From the IMG/VR virus record IMGVR_UViG_3300042349_000638: a DNA stretch of 64,000 nt; one strand, written 5' to 3'. The stretch is from an uncultured virus (IMG/VR IMGVR_UViG_3300042349_000638). Taxonomy: Duplodnaviria; Heunggongvirae; Uroviricota; Caudoviricetes. The position numbers were made by a program, and so were the translations under genes. The notes under the pieces were generated by a model. It worked only from the letters and a program-made list of their open reading frames with translations, was not told where the DNA came from and searched no databases. Positions within the stretch are counted from its first letter, which is position 1; each line of letters opens with the position of its first letter. This document shows, one piece after another, positions 8,742-18,846 of the stretch.

Positions 8742-9347
8742 TTGATGTTAAGATACTTTTTGTTGTTAATCATATGATCGAGAATCTCACCGATAAATTG
8801 ACGGTAAGTTTCATCATAATTCTTAGAACACTCTTCATACGCATCGTAGAGTTTGGTATAAAGAGTGTCCCAATGTTGCCGACTGATTGTGTTCATCAGT
8901 AATCGTAGTTTGCGTTCAGGTACTCATTGACATCAAACTTCTCAGTATCACGAAGTTCGGGAATGTCCATATCAAAAATCTCACCAGGCATATCTTGAAT
9001 CTCAGACCAGAGTTCGTCAAACATGGTGTGCCTCTCAGGAACAAATGTAATGTAGAACGAATCGGGGGGCATTGCAACCCCCCCTTGTGCCAGTTAATCA
9101 GGTGTCACACATCATAGAGTTTGTAATGACGAATCTCGCTTTCATAGTACATACGATCCTCATAATCTTCCTCACGTTGAAAGTTCAATACAAAGTTTGC
9201 TATTTCAACACGATGAGCACAAATATCTTGCAGAACTTCAAAATTACGTTGAAGACAGTTGTTGAAATCGACGATCATCAGTTTCCCTCAGCAACGAATG
9301 TAGTATGGCATGGTATCAGCAATTAATCAAGTGCCCTTGTGCCACTT

Positions 9348-9551
9348 TCACACCTGGCACATATCAACCAAGCGGTTACGAATATCAAACAATTCCATCT
9401 CATCCATATCAGCAGATTCTAAATCAACAGGTGCAAACTCTCCCAGGTTTACACTACCATCAGCGTAGATTGGGGCATAATACAATTCATCACCATCTTC
9501 CTGAGAAAGTGTAAAGATGCAACCATAATGCGGCAGAGTGAGAAACACCAT
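9348..9551 (-). CDS. Small hypothetical protein (MVFLTLPHYG...ELYYAPIYADG)
   Basis: ORF track; promoter cassette upstream. Confidence 0.6.
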   Translation of the reverse strand: MVFLTLPHYGCIFTLSQEDGDELYYAPIYADGSVNLGEFAPVDLESADMDEMELFDIRNRLVDMCQV

Positions 9552-9683
9552 CGGGGTCAATTGCGACGACGAAGGTAACATAACCCATCACGTGGCATGT
9601 TGCAACCACTCTTGTGCCACTAGACAAACTGGCACAAGACCCCTTGATCAGGAACCGATTTGCTGATATCTTATAAGAAATTC

Positions 9684-9740
9684 AATGAGGGGAGAGGTAT
9701 CCCTGCTGACGAAAATGCATCGCCACTCCTCCTACCATAA
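9684..9740 (+). ncRNA. Candidate small RNA, copy 2
   Basis: Plus-strand TTGATC-17-TATCTT promoter after palindrome 9614; similar to 7086-7140. Confidence 0.4.
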
Positions 9741-9994
9741 AATATTCATTCTCAATAAGAAACCCTTATTGAGAATGAGGGTCTTGTGCCAAGCTTATAA
9801 CTGGCACATTACTCGAACGGATCGAACTCTTTTACCTTACAATGGAGATCTTCCCCAGGTTCGAGTTGCAATAACTCACGCCATTTAATATCATCTAGAT
9901 CTAGATCATCATAACACATGATGTCTAGTGTAACCTGTATGATGCGCTTTTGTGCTAGCATAGGTGTCTAGATGTGTATGTGTACTAGATTATA

Positions 9995-10135
9995 TCATGC
10001 ATAATGACGATATGCAAGTGCTTCGAGATCATGTGTATCTCGTGCATAATCCTCGTCGAGATCTTGTGTATACTCGTCGAGATCTTGTCCATAATCGTTA
10101 CTGTATGTATAGTCGAGATCGTAGTCGTCGTACAT
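9995..10135 (-). CDS. Small Asp/Tyr-rich protein (MYDDYDLDY...AYRHYA)
   Basis: Internal ATG of track ORF; overlaps the CTCGTCGAGAT repeats. Confidence 0.5.
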   Translation of the reverse strand: MYDDYDLDYTYSNDYGQDLDEYTQDLDEDYARDTHDLEALAYRHYA

Positions 10136-10291
10136 AGCTCGTCGAGATCCTGTGAGTGACTGTATGAGTATAGCACAAATCTCGACGAGATGCAATCTAA
10201 TCTAGATGTGAGTCTCGTCGAGATTTATAAGAGTATATATGTATTCTCGTCGAGATTGTGTTATAATACTAACATTATATCTCGACTAGAT
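10052..10291. repeat. Cluster of pseudo-palindromic (AT)CTCG(T/A)CGAGAT repeats
   Basis: Copies at 10052, 10073, 10138, 10179, 10214, 10246 and variant at 10279; related CTAGAT hexamers extend left to about 9895. Confidence 0.85.
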
Positions 10292-10337
10292 CTTATAAAA
10301 CTGTGTGGGTCGGGGGAAATTTTCGCCGCCGTGGGGC

Positions 10338-10366
10338 TTGACAAACTGCGCGTCTTATGATATACA
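10338..10366 (+). promoter_or_regulatory. Sigma70-type promoter on plus strand, opposite to gene direction
   Basis: TTGACA-17 nt-TATACA with extended -10 TG. Confidence 0.6.
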
Positions 10367-10385
10367 GGTAAAGGTCACAAGACCC

Positions 10386-10494
10386 GAAGGGATTTATAAG
10401 CACTTAGAAGGGATTTATAAGCACTTAGAAGGGATTTATAAGCACTTAGAAGGGATTTATAAGCACTTAGAAGGGATTTATAAGCACTTAGAAG
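10386..10494. repeat. Perfect tandem repeat, 5 x 21 bp GAAGGGATTTATAAGCACTTA
   Basis: Read directly; units start at 10386, 10407, 10428, 10449, 10470. Confidence 0.97.
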
Positions 10495-10621
10495 ACTCTA
10501 TTCTCAACAATAATACTCAATTGATTCTCAATAACATAACACTTATTGAGAATCAAATAAAACAGCAATATATGTTTTTTAATACCTTTTTAATTAAATT
10601 TAACCTTTTTTTATTGATTTT

Positions 10622-10810
10622 TTAACCTTTCATACCCTTTTTCTCTTGTGCTGCTGTCTGTGCTAAATGCATTGTAGTATGAAGACGTTGAAGATTAGCA
10701 TAACGATTATGTTGCCTTGTTGCTAAAGCATTTGACTTAATCTTTGCAGCATCAACTTTTGATTGTTGTGGTGTAGGAATCTGCTCCATAAACTGAAAGA
10801 ACGTCTTCAT
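10622..10810 (-). CDS. Small late-type protein (MKTFFQFMEQ...)
   Basis: MKTF.QF.E N-terminus typical of T4-like virion/internal proteins. Confidence 0.55.
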   Translation of the reverse strand: MKTFFQFMEQIPTPQQSKVDAAKIKSNALATRQHNRYANLQRLHTTMHLAQTAAQEKKGMKG

Positions 10811-10915
10811 CTTTATACTTGAGAATGTAATGATATTTAGAATACAGGTACGATCTCAGTATGAGTGCATCCTTGTTGTTTAATATACTTCTCCCAATGA
10901 GTAGCATCTTCAATA

Positions 10916-12436
10916 TTATAGAAAGTTGCGATTTGTTTTGATTGACTCTTTTTCTTGTTCTTGAGGTAAACGACTTGGTACTTCATAAGGTGATTCAATA
11001 AAAACTTCAATTTCTGTTTGATCATTCCAATGTCTTATAACACCTGCAACAATAAAAGCATTAGTGATTAAGTATGTAAGAAAGATAAATGTACGAATAC
11101 CCGCAATAATATCACTTTCCTTATCACACTTGGATGCTTTCTCTCCTAATGCTTTTGCAAAGTACCTCCATAATGATTTATTACTTTTCATAAGACTGTC
11201 GATTACCATGAATAAGTTCTACTTCTTTCCAATGTTCTGGATATATCAATACACACACATCCTTTGCTTTTACGTTAAATGATCTCATGCAAATAGTAAT
11301 ATAACTTGAAGAGATAAAACGTACTGTCCCTGTCATATTACGATAGGTCACTTCTAAACCTTCGGCAAATGATTCATACTTCATACAAATGCAGATTCAA
11401 GTGGAGTAAGTTTAGGTATCATAGCAGAGTATGGACTTGTTTCCTTTATACTAACAACGTTCCCAACTGTACTTGAGTTGATGGGGGCATGATATACTCT
11501 TTTCTTGGAATCATAGAATCCCCAAATTGACCGCACAGACTTACCAAGGTTATAATCAAAAGTAGCAGAGTTGCGAATCCAGATGGCAATGAGATTTCTT
11601 TTGAACTGTTCATACTCATAAGAATAACCTTTCGGTGGTTTGTGAGGAAACTCAATTGTCACGGACTGCACGGAGATACTTTGGATTGTAACCTAAAGAC
11701 AAATAATTATTGAGAAGCAGATCACACTGTTCTTTTGTTAATTGCTTGGCATCTTCTTCAATCAATGCCCAACCACTTGAGAATAATTCTTCAATACGAT
11801 AAAGTTGTGTCACGTTGTAAATGCCTCCAGAAGTCCAGACTCATAATCATCCTGTAGGGCAAACTTCTGTGCATTCACAACTCTTTCCATAATCAGATGA
11901 GTATAACGATCATCAAACGATTGCTCCTTTGATAGAAGAGTAAATGCTTCAGTATCAGATTCTGCAATCAGATTAATTAAACCACCATACTCAGAAGATG
12001 GAAATGGAACCCAGTAGTCTACAATATAAAGAGATTTCATTTTTTGTGTTTTAGGACTCCTCAATTTTAGTGTAATAGTTGGTCTTTGTCAAGAGAGACA
12101 TTTGCCGATCAATCTCAAATTTAACTGGTAATAAATGAGAAGCAAAGAAAGCAGCATAAGGTCCATCACTGAGAAGTTCATAGATGTTCTCAACCTGCAT
12201 TTGTGCCAGAATTAACTTTGTCTTCTGATTCATTAGATAAACTCTGCCATGTAATAATCAACAGTCACTTCTAATTCTGCTGCTTTTGATTCATAAGAAG
12301 CAATCAGTTGATTCTCTTCTGGGATAACAACATTTACATTATCAATTCGAACCTCATACTTCAATTGCTCTACTTCAGAATGTTTCATAAAGTCCTCAAA
12401 TGCTTTCATAAATTGTGAAATGTCTTCGTCGTTCAT
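10916..12436 (-). other. Block of small coupled hypothetical ORFs, copy A
   Basis: ORFs 10916-11209, 11181-11384, 11381-11671, 11652-11813, 11810-12064, 12051-12233, 12233-12436; collinear paralogs at 35469-37197. Confidence 0.75.
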
Positions 12437-13217
12437 TTTGAACAGGACTGAGCAGAAAGGCAGCGATTGTAAGAATCAAACATTGCTTGATCACGTTGAA
12501 TGAGAGATACATTCCAACCAATCACAACTGCAACACCAGTGAGAATCCAAACTTTTAATTTCATCAGCAGGCACCTGCCATGGGATTCACTTTGACTGCT
12601 TCAGTGTTGAATCCAGTCACTTCATAACCCATACCAATACGCTCATCACACTCACGCTCAAAGTCACGCTTGGTGATACACTTGGTGCTCATGGTATCAA
12701 CACCTTGAAACTTGAGCACTTTGAATATAAACTTGGTGCTACCTTCGATGGGGTAGTAGTCCACAACCATCGTGCCAGTGGTGGAGGTCAGTTGCATGGG
12801 GTGTCTCCCTCGATTACTTAAGTAGTATAGATCAAAAAGACGGCACCACATCGTACCGTAGTCCAGTTTGCGAAGTGTCCATTCGCTCCCAGTAACCGTA
12901 GAGTTTGTGATACAGTGCTGAAACACTTCCATACTCTCTTGCAATAAGATTTTGTTCAGCAAGTTCAAGATTTTGAAGTGCAGATAGAATCACACCAATC
13001 TCTTGCACATTTAAACTTATAGGAATTTCTGTAATTCTAATTTCAATATTAACATTTGGTTGTGTCACTTAATTCTCCATCATTGAATGAATTTTATCAA
13101 TAATAATGCCACATTCATCGGCATAGTCTTCCTCTTCTAACATGCCTTCTTGCTCAACAGCGTCCAGAATGATTCCCCATTCGCGTTCAGTAAAGAACTC
13201 TTTGATTGGTTGTGTCA

Positions 13218-13592
13218 TCAGTCCCATGATACGTTTTCAAGTAGAAAACCTGGCATCACATATGTCCACCCAGATCCACCAATTTTATACTCCCACTTAT
13301 ATTCATATTTGTTATGAGAATCCCAAGTCATATAACCTTTCTCTTTATCAAATCGCCCCTTGATAGTAAGTCCAAACCTATTAGAGAAAATGTTGCGTGT
13401 GCGAAGTGCTCCACTCTTTTCACGAGTTTCAACTATCTTGCACACATCCGATATTGATTGAGTCGGTGTTTCTACTGCACACGGAGTTTCGTATGTAAAA
13501 GAGCGATATTCTTTCTTTTGTACAACAGTCTGAGACTGTGCAAACACTGGAGAAGGACACAGCAGGAAAAGAATAGAAAGAAACTTTTTCAT
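13218..13592 (-). CDS. Secreted hypothetical protein with signal peptide
   Basis: MKKFLSILFLLCPSPVFAQ signal-like N-terminus. Confidence 0.65.
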   Translation of the reverse strand: MKKFLSILFLLCPSPVFAQSQTVVQKKEYRSFTYETPCAVETPTQSISDVCKIVETREKSGALRTRNIFSNRFGLTIKGRFDKEKGYMTWDSHNKYEYKWEYKIGGSGWTYVMPGFLLENVSWD

Positions 13593-13713
13593 TTGAGATG
13601 TTTGATCAATTCAGTAAAGTTTGCCTTACCGTGCCATAATAGTCCAACTACTATGGCAATGTCAAGTAGTAACAATACACCAAGAGTGATTGTAAGATAA
13701 AGGCGGTCTTTAT

Positions 13714-14028
13714 TCATCCAACGACTCTCCAACATACAGTAGCGTTGCCCTTGCGTGGAGAAGAAATGTGAGCAAAGGCAGCATAAGACAGATCCAGGTC
13801 AGCATGAGAATATGGACCACGATCATTCACCCTCACAATCACTTGTTTTCCGTTGTCCTGATTTGTGACTCTAATTTTACTTCCCATAGGAATGTATGGA
13901 TGAGCAGCAGTCCAACGGTAAGCATCAAATCGTTCTCCATTTGCGGTGGTGTTGCCATGAAAACCATCCCCTACACCATAGAATGTGGCGATGCCACATG
14001 TAAGTCCAGCGATCAGTGTTTCAATCAT
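13714..14028 (-). CDS. RlpA-like double-psi beta-barrel protein (lytic transglycosylase family)
   Basis: GIATFYG..FHG.TTANGERFD...TAAH...GS.IRVTN..NGK.V.VRVNDRGP....LDLS.AAF. Confidence 0.88.
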   Translation of the reverse strand: MIETLIAGLTCGIATFYGVGDGFHGNTTANGERFDAYRWTAAHPYIPMGSKIRVTNQDNGKQVIVRVNDRGPYSHADLDLSYAAFAHISSPRKGNATVCWRVVG

Positions 14029-14214
14029 CAGTCTTCGGGATAAAGTTTCCAACCATCAGGGCGAATACCCAGTTCTTCACAACGCACCTCATAAACAATG
14101 CGCTTTAGAAGTTGCAGCGGCATTTCTTGCTCAATCGTTTTCTGAATGGTGCGGCGAAGTTGTGCGTCCTGGGTGGTGTCGGTGACCATTGTGGTTCCCT
14201 TGATTACCTTGTAA

Positions 14215-14727
14215 TTATAGGGCAGAGCAGAGGCGATTGGGGAAATATGAGACCACTTGCTGAACTGGCACAGTCTCTTCAGGTTCATCTTGAAAATGCT
14301 CTACAAGTGTAGGACCATTGTGAATAAAACGATCAGGATACAATGAATACAAACCATCGCGCAGTTGTCGAGTTACACAACTCATTCCATCAGCATTGTA
14401 CCACTTATCCACATTCTTCATTTGATTCACCATAAATTCAAGAGAAGCATCGGTGTGAGTATCAAATTGCTTGCGAAACTCTCCAATAATCGTCCAACGA
14501 TTATCAGAATTATTAGTAGGATCTGTGTGCTTTACATACAAATGAATTAGCAGATATATTTCATCTTTTGTATAGTATTCCTTTGGTCCTTGTGGTTTTC
14601 TCATAAAGCAGTTAATAGGAAATGCTTTGACAATCTTAGTATTGGAATTATACTCCATTCCTTTGCGAATTTCAAGCACTTTGTTTTTAATAATACGCTT
14701 GCGATTTTGAATTGCAACAAGTTTCAT
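14215..14727 (-). CDS. Hypothetical protein
   Basis: ORF track, 170 aa. Confidence 0.55.
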   Translation of the reverse strand: MKLVAIQNRKRIIKNKVLEIRKGMEYNSNTKIVKAFPINCFMRKPQGPKEYYTKDEIYLLIHLYVKHTDPTNNSDNRWTIIGEFRKQFDTHTDASLEFMVNQMKNVDKWYNADGMSCVTRQLRDGLYSLYPDRFIHNGPTLVEHFQDEPEETVPVQQVVSYFPNRLCSAL

Positions 14728-14739
14728 GATGATTAGTGA

Positions 14740-15216
14740 TTATGAAGTGGAACAAAGGCGATTAGAGAAGAACTGTGAGACTTGATGATCTGTCCACCCA
14801 TTCTTCTCAAATAGGTACTCAAGATACAGGGTTTCTTCTTGCTCCCGTGCTTCAATTTCGTGTGGTTGATGCCAATAGTCGTACTTTTCAACGGGTTCTT
14901 TAGAATAACACAATTTTCCGTATCGAAACCGCAGTGAACCAACTACCCACTGCCGCAGGTGGGTCAGTTCATGCAAAAGAGTTTTTATATACAACTCCTC
15001 ACACATATAGGTGTTGAGTTCAATCATAAACTCACGGGGGCGATAAGATTCTCCCACAACTTCACAATAACCATAAACATGCTCACGACGCAGACCACGA
15101 TGAAGAATCTCCACCTCAATCTTATGTCGTGGAAGAAACTTATTCAGAAACCAAGTGGTAACATCCTGACAGGTGCGTTTAGAGTAACCATATCCAGACA
15201 TTTCAAAGTAAGACAT
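14740..15216 (-). CDS. HExxH zinc metallopeptidase-like protein, copy 1
   Basis: TLLHELTHLRQ...QPHEIEA; paralog at 46620-47075. Confidence 0.75.
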   Translation of the reverse strand: MSYFEMSGYGYSKRTCQDVTTWFLNKFLPRHKIEVEILHRGLRREHVYGYCEVVGESYRPREFMIELNTYMCEELYIKTLLHELTHLRQWVVGSLRFRYGKLCYSKEPVEKYDYWHQPHEIEAREQEETLYLEYLFEKNGWTDHQVSQFFSNRLCSTS

Positions 15217-15581
15217 TGCCCCCAGTGCAAGAAATAAATGAATGAAGAGATGAAGATCATCTTATGAGTTAATGTCATCGAGCAATCACATCAAGAGTTT
15301 CCATAAGCATCATAGCAAGATCCATACGAGTGTCTTCATCAACCACAGGAATATTTGCTTCAACAAATTCAGTCACAAGTTCGTGAAGCAACTCAGTCAT
15401 ACGATGGTCAGCATACACAAAGGTAGCAAGTTCACTTTTGAAACCATCACGCAGAAGACGCAGAGACTTGGTAACAGTCAGTTCTTGAACGGTGTTGTCC
15501 ATTGTGGGTGTGTTGAACATAAGGTTATTATAGGGCATCTGGAGGGGTCTGTGCAACCCCTTGTGCCAGTTCTCCAAGTGG

Positions 15582-16082
15582 TTAGCGCACAAGGCGATAA
15601 CCTTTACAAGTTGTTCCAGGATTGCGTAAAGTCCTTAACATAGTTCCAGAAGAAGGGTGATTTAAAACCTCACGGCACCATTTTGTGAGATTTGTGATTT
15701 CAATAGTTTCGCCAGTTGGTGTTTCAATCAGTCGGGTTTTTGCTTGTGAATATTCTACATTATCAGCATTACTCATCCACTCCAAGTTTTCAACTCTATT
15801 ATCAGTTTTATCCTCGTTAATGTGATTAACTGTATCATAGTTGTGAGGATTTGGAATGTAAGTCTCTGCTACTAATCTATGAATACTTGTATGTTTCATT
15901 CTGTTTGTATTTTGTTCCAGAATGATTTTCAGATAACCTTTTCTATCTGTTTGTGGTTTTAGTTCTCTTTCATAAGAGTAATCAAGAACTTTTCCTCTAC
16001 CATTACCACCAGGTTTTTTGTGTGAGAATACTCTACCATCAGGTGTGATAGAGTATTCGGGGTAGTTTGGAATAAGTTTCAT
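15582..16082 (-). mobile_element. Free-standing NUMOD4-HNH homing endonuclease
   Basis: IPNYPEYSIT.DGRVFS (NUMOD4), IHRLVAETYIPNP...VNHINEDKTDNRVENLEW (HNH). Confidence 0.9.
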
Positions 16083-16139
16083 AACTGATTGGAAGTGATT
16101 TATCTTTATTTATAAGTATAACACCTCCAATCATACTAG

Positions 16140-16571
16140 TCAACGAGCGTATAAATATTGCCCACTCCAATCGGCATTCTCAAGCAACCATTCACGCTGC
16201 TCAATCAGTCGCAAATCGTAACGAACACCTTTGGCAGGGGATTTCCAACTGGCACTTTTATAAATTTGTCCAGTCTGTTTGTCGATGAAGCAATGGACGC
16301 TCCTGCTCCCGTTAGCATTCATAATAATTTTATGATACTTGCGACCCGTTTCAGGGTAGAACTCATAGTCACAAGTGCCTTGCTTCAGTTTTTCAATGCA
16401 AACATCGTGATACTCTTGATTTTCAGTACGAAGTGCGTGGGAGCGAATGCTATAATCAATATAGTTCTGCTTGAGTGCATCACACAGCATCAGAGTCCAT
16501 TTTGTAACATTCAACTGGATGGTATTACGGGCGTCTTGCTGGGCAGCGTAGTCAGCGAAGGTTGTGGTCAT
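16140..16571 (-). CDS. Conserved phage protein (GRKYHKI...KSASWKSPAK family)
   Basis: ORF track; start at MTTTF after promoter cassette 16629. Confidence 0.75.
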   Translation of the reverse strand: MTTTFADYAAQQDARNTIQLNVTKWTLMLCDALKQNYIDYSIRSHALRTENQEYHDVCIEKLKQGTCDYEFYPETGRKYHKIIMNANGSRSVHCFIDKQTGQIYKSASWKSPAKGVRYDLRLIEQREWLLENADWSGQYLYAR

Positions 16572-16790
16572 CGGTTGGTTGCGTATGTGCTTATTATAGC
16601 GGCACCTAGGCACCACTGAGGGGTCAGTATGCCAGTTCTGGATCTGGCACCCATGAGTCGTCTTCACCCAAATAACCTAACCAATCTGCTGGTTCAGACC
16701 CATAGATTTCAATTTCCCGCAGTTCCTCAATCAATTCGGACAGATCCATAAGAAACCCTCAATTACCTGAATATTATAGCAGAAAGTAGA

Positions 16791-17204
16791 CTAAACTGCC
16801 AGTGCTCCAGAAGGAATTTCTACAACTTCAGGCAGTTTGGTATCATCAAACTGGTGCATATTATAGCATACCCACTCACCACTTCGAAAGACATATGCGT
16901 ATTCTTCGCTATTATCAGGCAGAAGATATTCACACAGGTCAGCATCAAGGCGAGGAGGGCAATTCTCACCACGCTGAGAGTAGTATTCGGGTCCATAAGA
17001 ACCATCAGTATTGTCATCACAGTGCCCATCAGTCCAAGGAGAACTCATATCTCCACCATCAATCAGCTCAGCAACTTTCTCTTTGGTATTATAGTGAGTG
17101 CGAAGAATGCGACCCATCCATTCGGGATAACCATCCCAGTGCGAATAAGCAGACAAGATAGAACCATCAGCAAGTTCAAAACCAATGCGGGAACGAGTGG
17201 CTAT
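16791..17204 (-). CDS. Conserved phage protein (ATRSRIG...HWDGYP family), copy 1, with ATA at the expected start
   Basis: Aligns end to end with paralog 37194-37607; both 137 aa if started at 17204. Confidence 0.75.
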   Translation of the reverse strand: MATRSRIGFELADGSILSAYSHWDGYPEWMGRILRTHYNTKEKVAELIDGGDMSSPWTDGHCDDNTDGSYGPEYYSQRGENCPPRLDADLCEYLLPDNSEEYAYVFRSGEWVCYNMHQFDDTKLPEVVEIPSGALAV

Positions 17205-17286
17205 GGGAGGTGCCTCAAATCAACAAATGTATTATAGGGTCTCCTGTGTCTGTGGTGATGATGCTTGTGCCAGTTTTAGAACTGGA

Positions 17287-17862
17287 TCACTCTACACCAG
17301 CATTGGAAGAAAGGATGGGAAAGTGACCAGTCAGTTGCTTGTATTTTTCACACAATGCAGACTCATACTTGTAGTAAGTCTTGGCATTATAGGTCACTTC
17401 TTCACCCCAAACATTGATTGTTGCCTCTGCAAGAGGAACATCAAACACATACCATTCTACAGTCTTTCCATCACAAATAGCAGCATACTGTGCTTCAGTG
17501 ATGTTGAAATTAGTGACAGAACAAGTACCTTTGGCACGTGCTTTGCGAGTGCCACAGTTATAGGACTGATGACGACCTTTCATGCCAACATAGGTGCCAC
17601 CAATCTTAGCAACCTTACCATCAATGGCAAGAATATAGATCAGTTCACGATATTCATCGTATTTCTGCTCCAAACCAGGAAGAACACGATAATCGACAGG
17701 GTTGACTTCAGGATTCTTGATGAACCTCTCTTCAGGTTTCAGGACTGCATCAGCAATCTTGTAGAATCCGTACTTAAGAAACTCCTGAATAGACAATTCT
17801 TGACTGAGATTGATACGATACTCAGGAAGAAGTTCAGGAAGGTAAGACATAATTAACTCCAA
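17287..17862 (-). CDS. GIY-YIG-like endonuclease
   Basis: LIYILAIDGKVAKIGGT...R..SY resembles the T4 endonuclease II (DenA) motif; directly downstream of MTases. Confidence 0.55.
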   Translation of the reverse strand: MELIMSYLPELLPEYRINLSQELSIQEFLKYGFYKIADAVLKPEERFIKNPEVNPVDYRVLPGLEQKYDEYRELIYILAIDGKVAKIGGTYVGMKGRHQSYNCGTRKARAKGTCSVTNFNITEAQYAAICDGKTVEWYVFDVPLAEATINVWGEEVTYNAKTYYKYESALCEKYKQLTGHFPILSSNAGVE

Positions 17863-17955
17863 TAGATTTGGTGTGAAGTTGGTCTCTCAACGTCACGAAT
17901 ACACTATATGGCACAAAAAAGAGGGTGTCAACCCCTCTACAATAAAAATATTTTA

Positions 17956-18846
17956 TCAGTCTACAATTTTCAATTCTTTCTTCTTATCTGTATATGCCTT
18001 GATTAACAAAGACTTTCCACCTACATTTGGGGCACCCATGTTAGACACATAGTTTTTCCAATCAATTTGCTCAAAGATAGATCGAACATAATCTTTGTTA
18101 GATTTAATGAGATAATGTGTTGTAGTTTCTGGTGGTACGTCACTAAATTCACAAACACGTATTTGACCCCAGTATTTGAGTGCAAAGTCCCAATACTCTT
18201 GATTTTTAATTTGTTCTCGAATTGTGGGCAGTTTAGGAACATTATCACAAGTCAAAAACATCTCAAAGTCATTATGCTTTGTGGGTGGTCTCTCTCTTAT
18301 TCTTAGGTCATTATGATTACCTAATTGAACTTTAGACCAAATCTGCATACAACAAGGGACATCATAGGGTTCTCCATTAAAAACAAAACTATTTTTTGGT
18401 AACAGTTCTGTGAAATAAAGACCAAAAGATTTGTCCAATTGAAACTGCACTTTCCATGATGTTTGCCACTTTGCAGGCACAATGAATGCGATTACTTCAC
18501 TGAATGTAGCAGCATGATTAAAAAATGCCTTTGCCAATGGATTCATATAACCAGAACCAAATGGTGGATTTCCCACGCAAGCAATTCTAATATTATTCAG
18601 TAGAGGATGATATGGTGAAACATAGTTAAAAAAATCTTGCTTGATAATATTATCCGCTTCAGGTTCTAAATCTAAACCTACAGCACTATCAGGAAGATAT
18701 TTTAATATATTACCACAACCTGCTGATGGTTCTAAAACTAAATCAAATTTATCCAGTGGACAATATTGATCAATGATCTCAACAAATCGTTTTGCAATAT
18801 CTGGATGAGTATAAAACTTATCCAGATCCTTTGATTTATTTTTCAT
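17956..18846 (-). CDS. DNA adenine methyltransferase (gamma-class motif order)
   Basis: DKFYT (X), LEPSAGCG (I), GNPPF (IV). Confidence 0.88.
   Translation of the reverse strand: MKNKSKDLDKFYTHPDIAKRFVEIIDQYCPLDKFDLVLEPSAGCGNILKYLPDSAVGLDLEPEADNIIKQDFFNYVSPYHPLLNNIRIACVGNPPFGSGYMNPLAKAFFNHAATFSEVIAFIVPAKWQTSWKVQFQLDKSFGLYFTELLPKNSFVFNGEPYDVPCCMQIWSKVQLGNHNDLRIRERPPTKHNDFEMFLTCDNVPKLPTIREQIKNQEYWDFALKYWGQIRVCEFSDVPPETTTHYLIKSNKDYVRSIFEQIDWKNYVSNMGAPNVGGKSLLIKAYTDKKKELKIVD

Noticed and set aside
9746..9778. Fur-family box suggested by TTGAGAAT half-sites
   Set aside because: Half-sites are in the opposite orientation and spacing to a Fur-type box
10386..10494. 21-bp repeats as a CRISPR array
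   Set aside because: Units are contiguous with no spacers, and no cas genes are seen
10305..10625. Plus-strand ORF with EGIYKHL repeats
   Set aside because: It is open mainly because the repeat length is a multiple of 3; it starts upstream of the promoter and ends in a low-complexity T-tract
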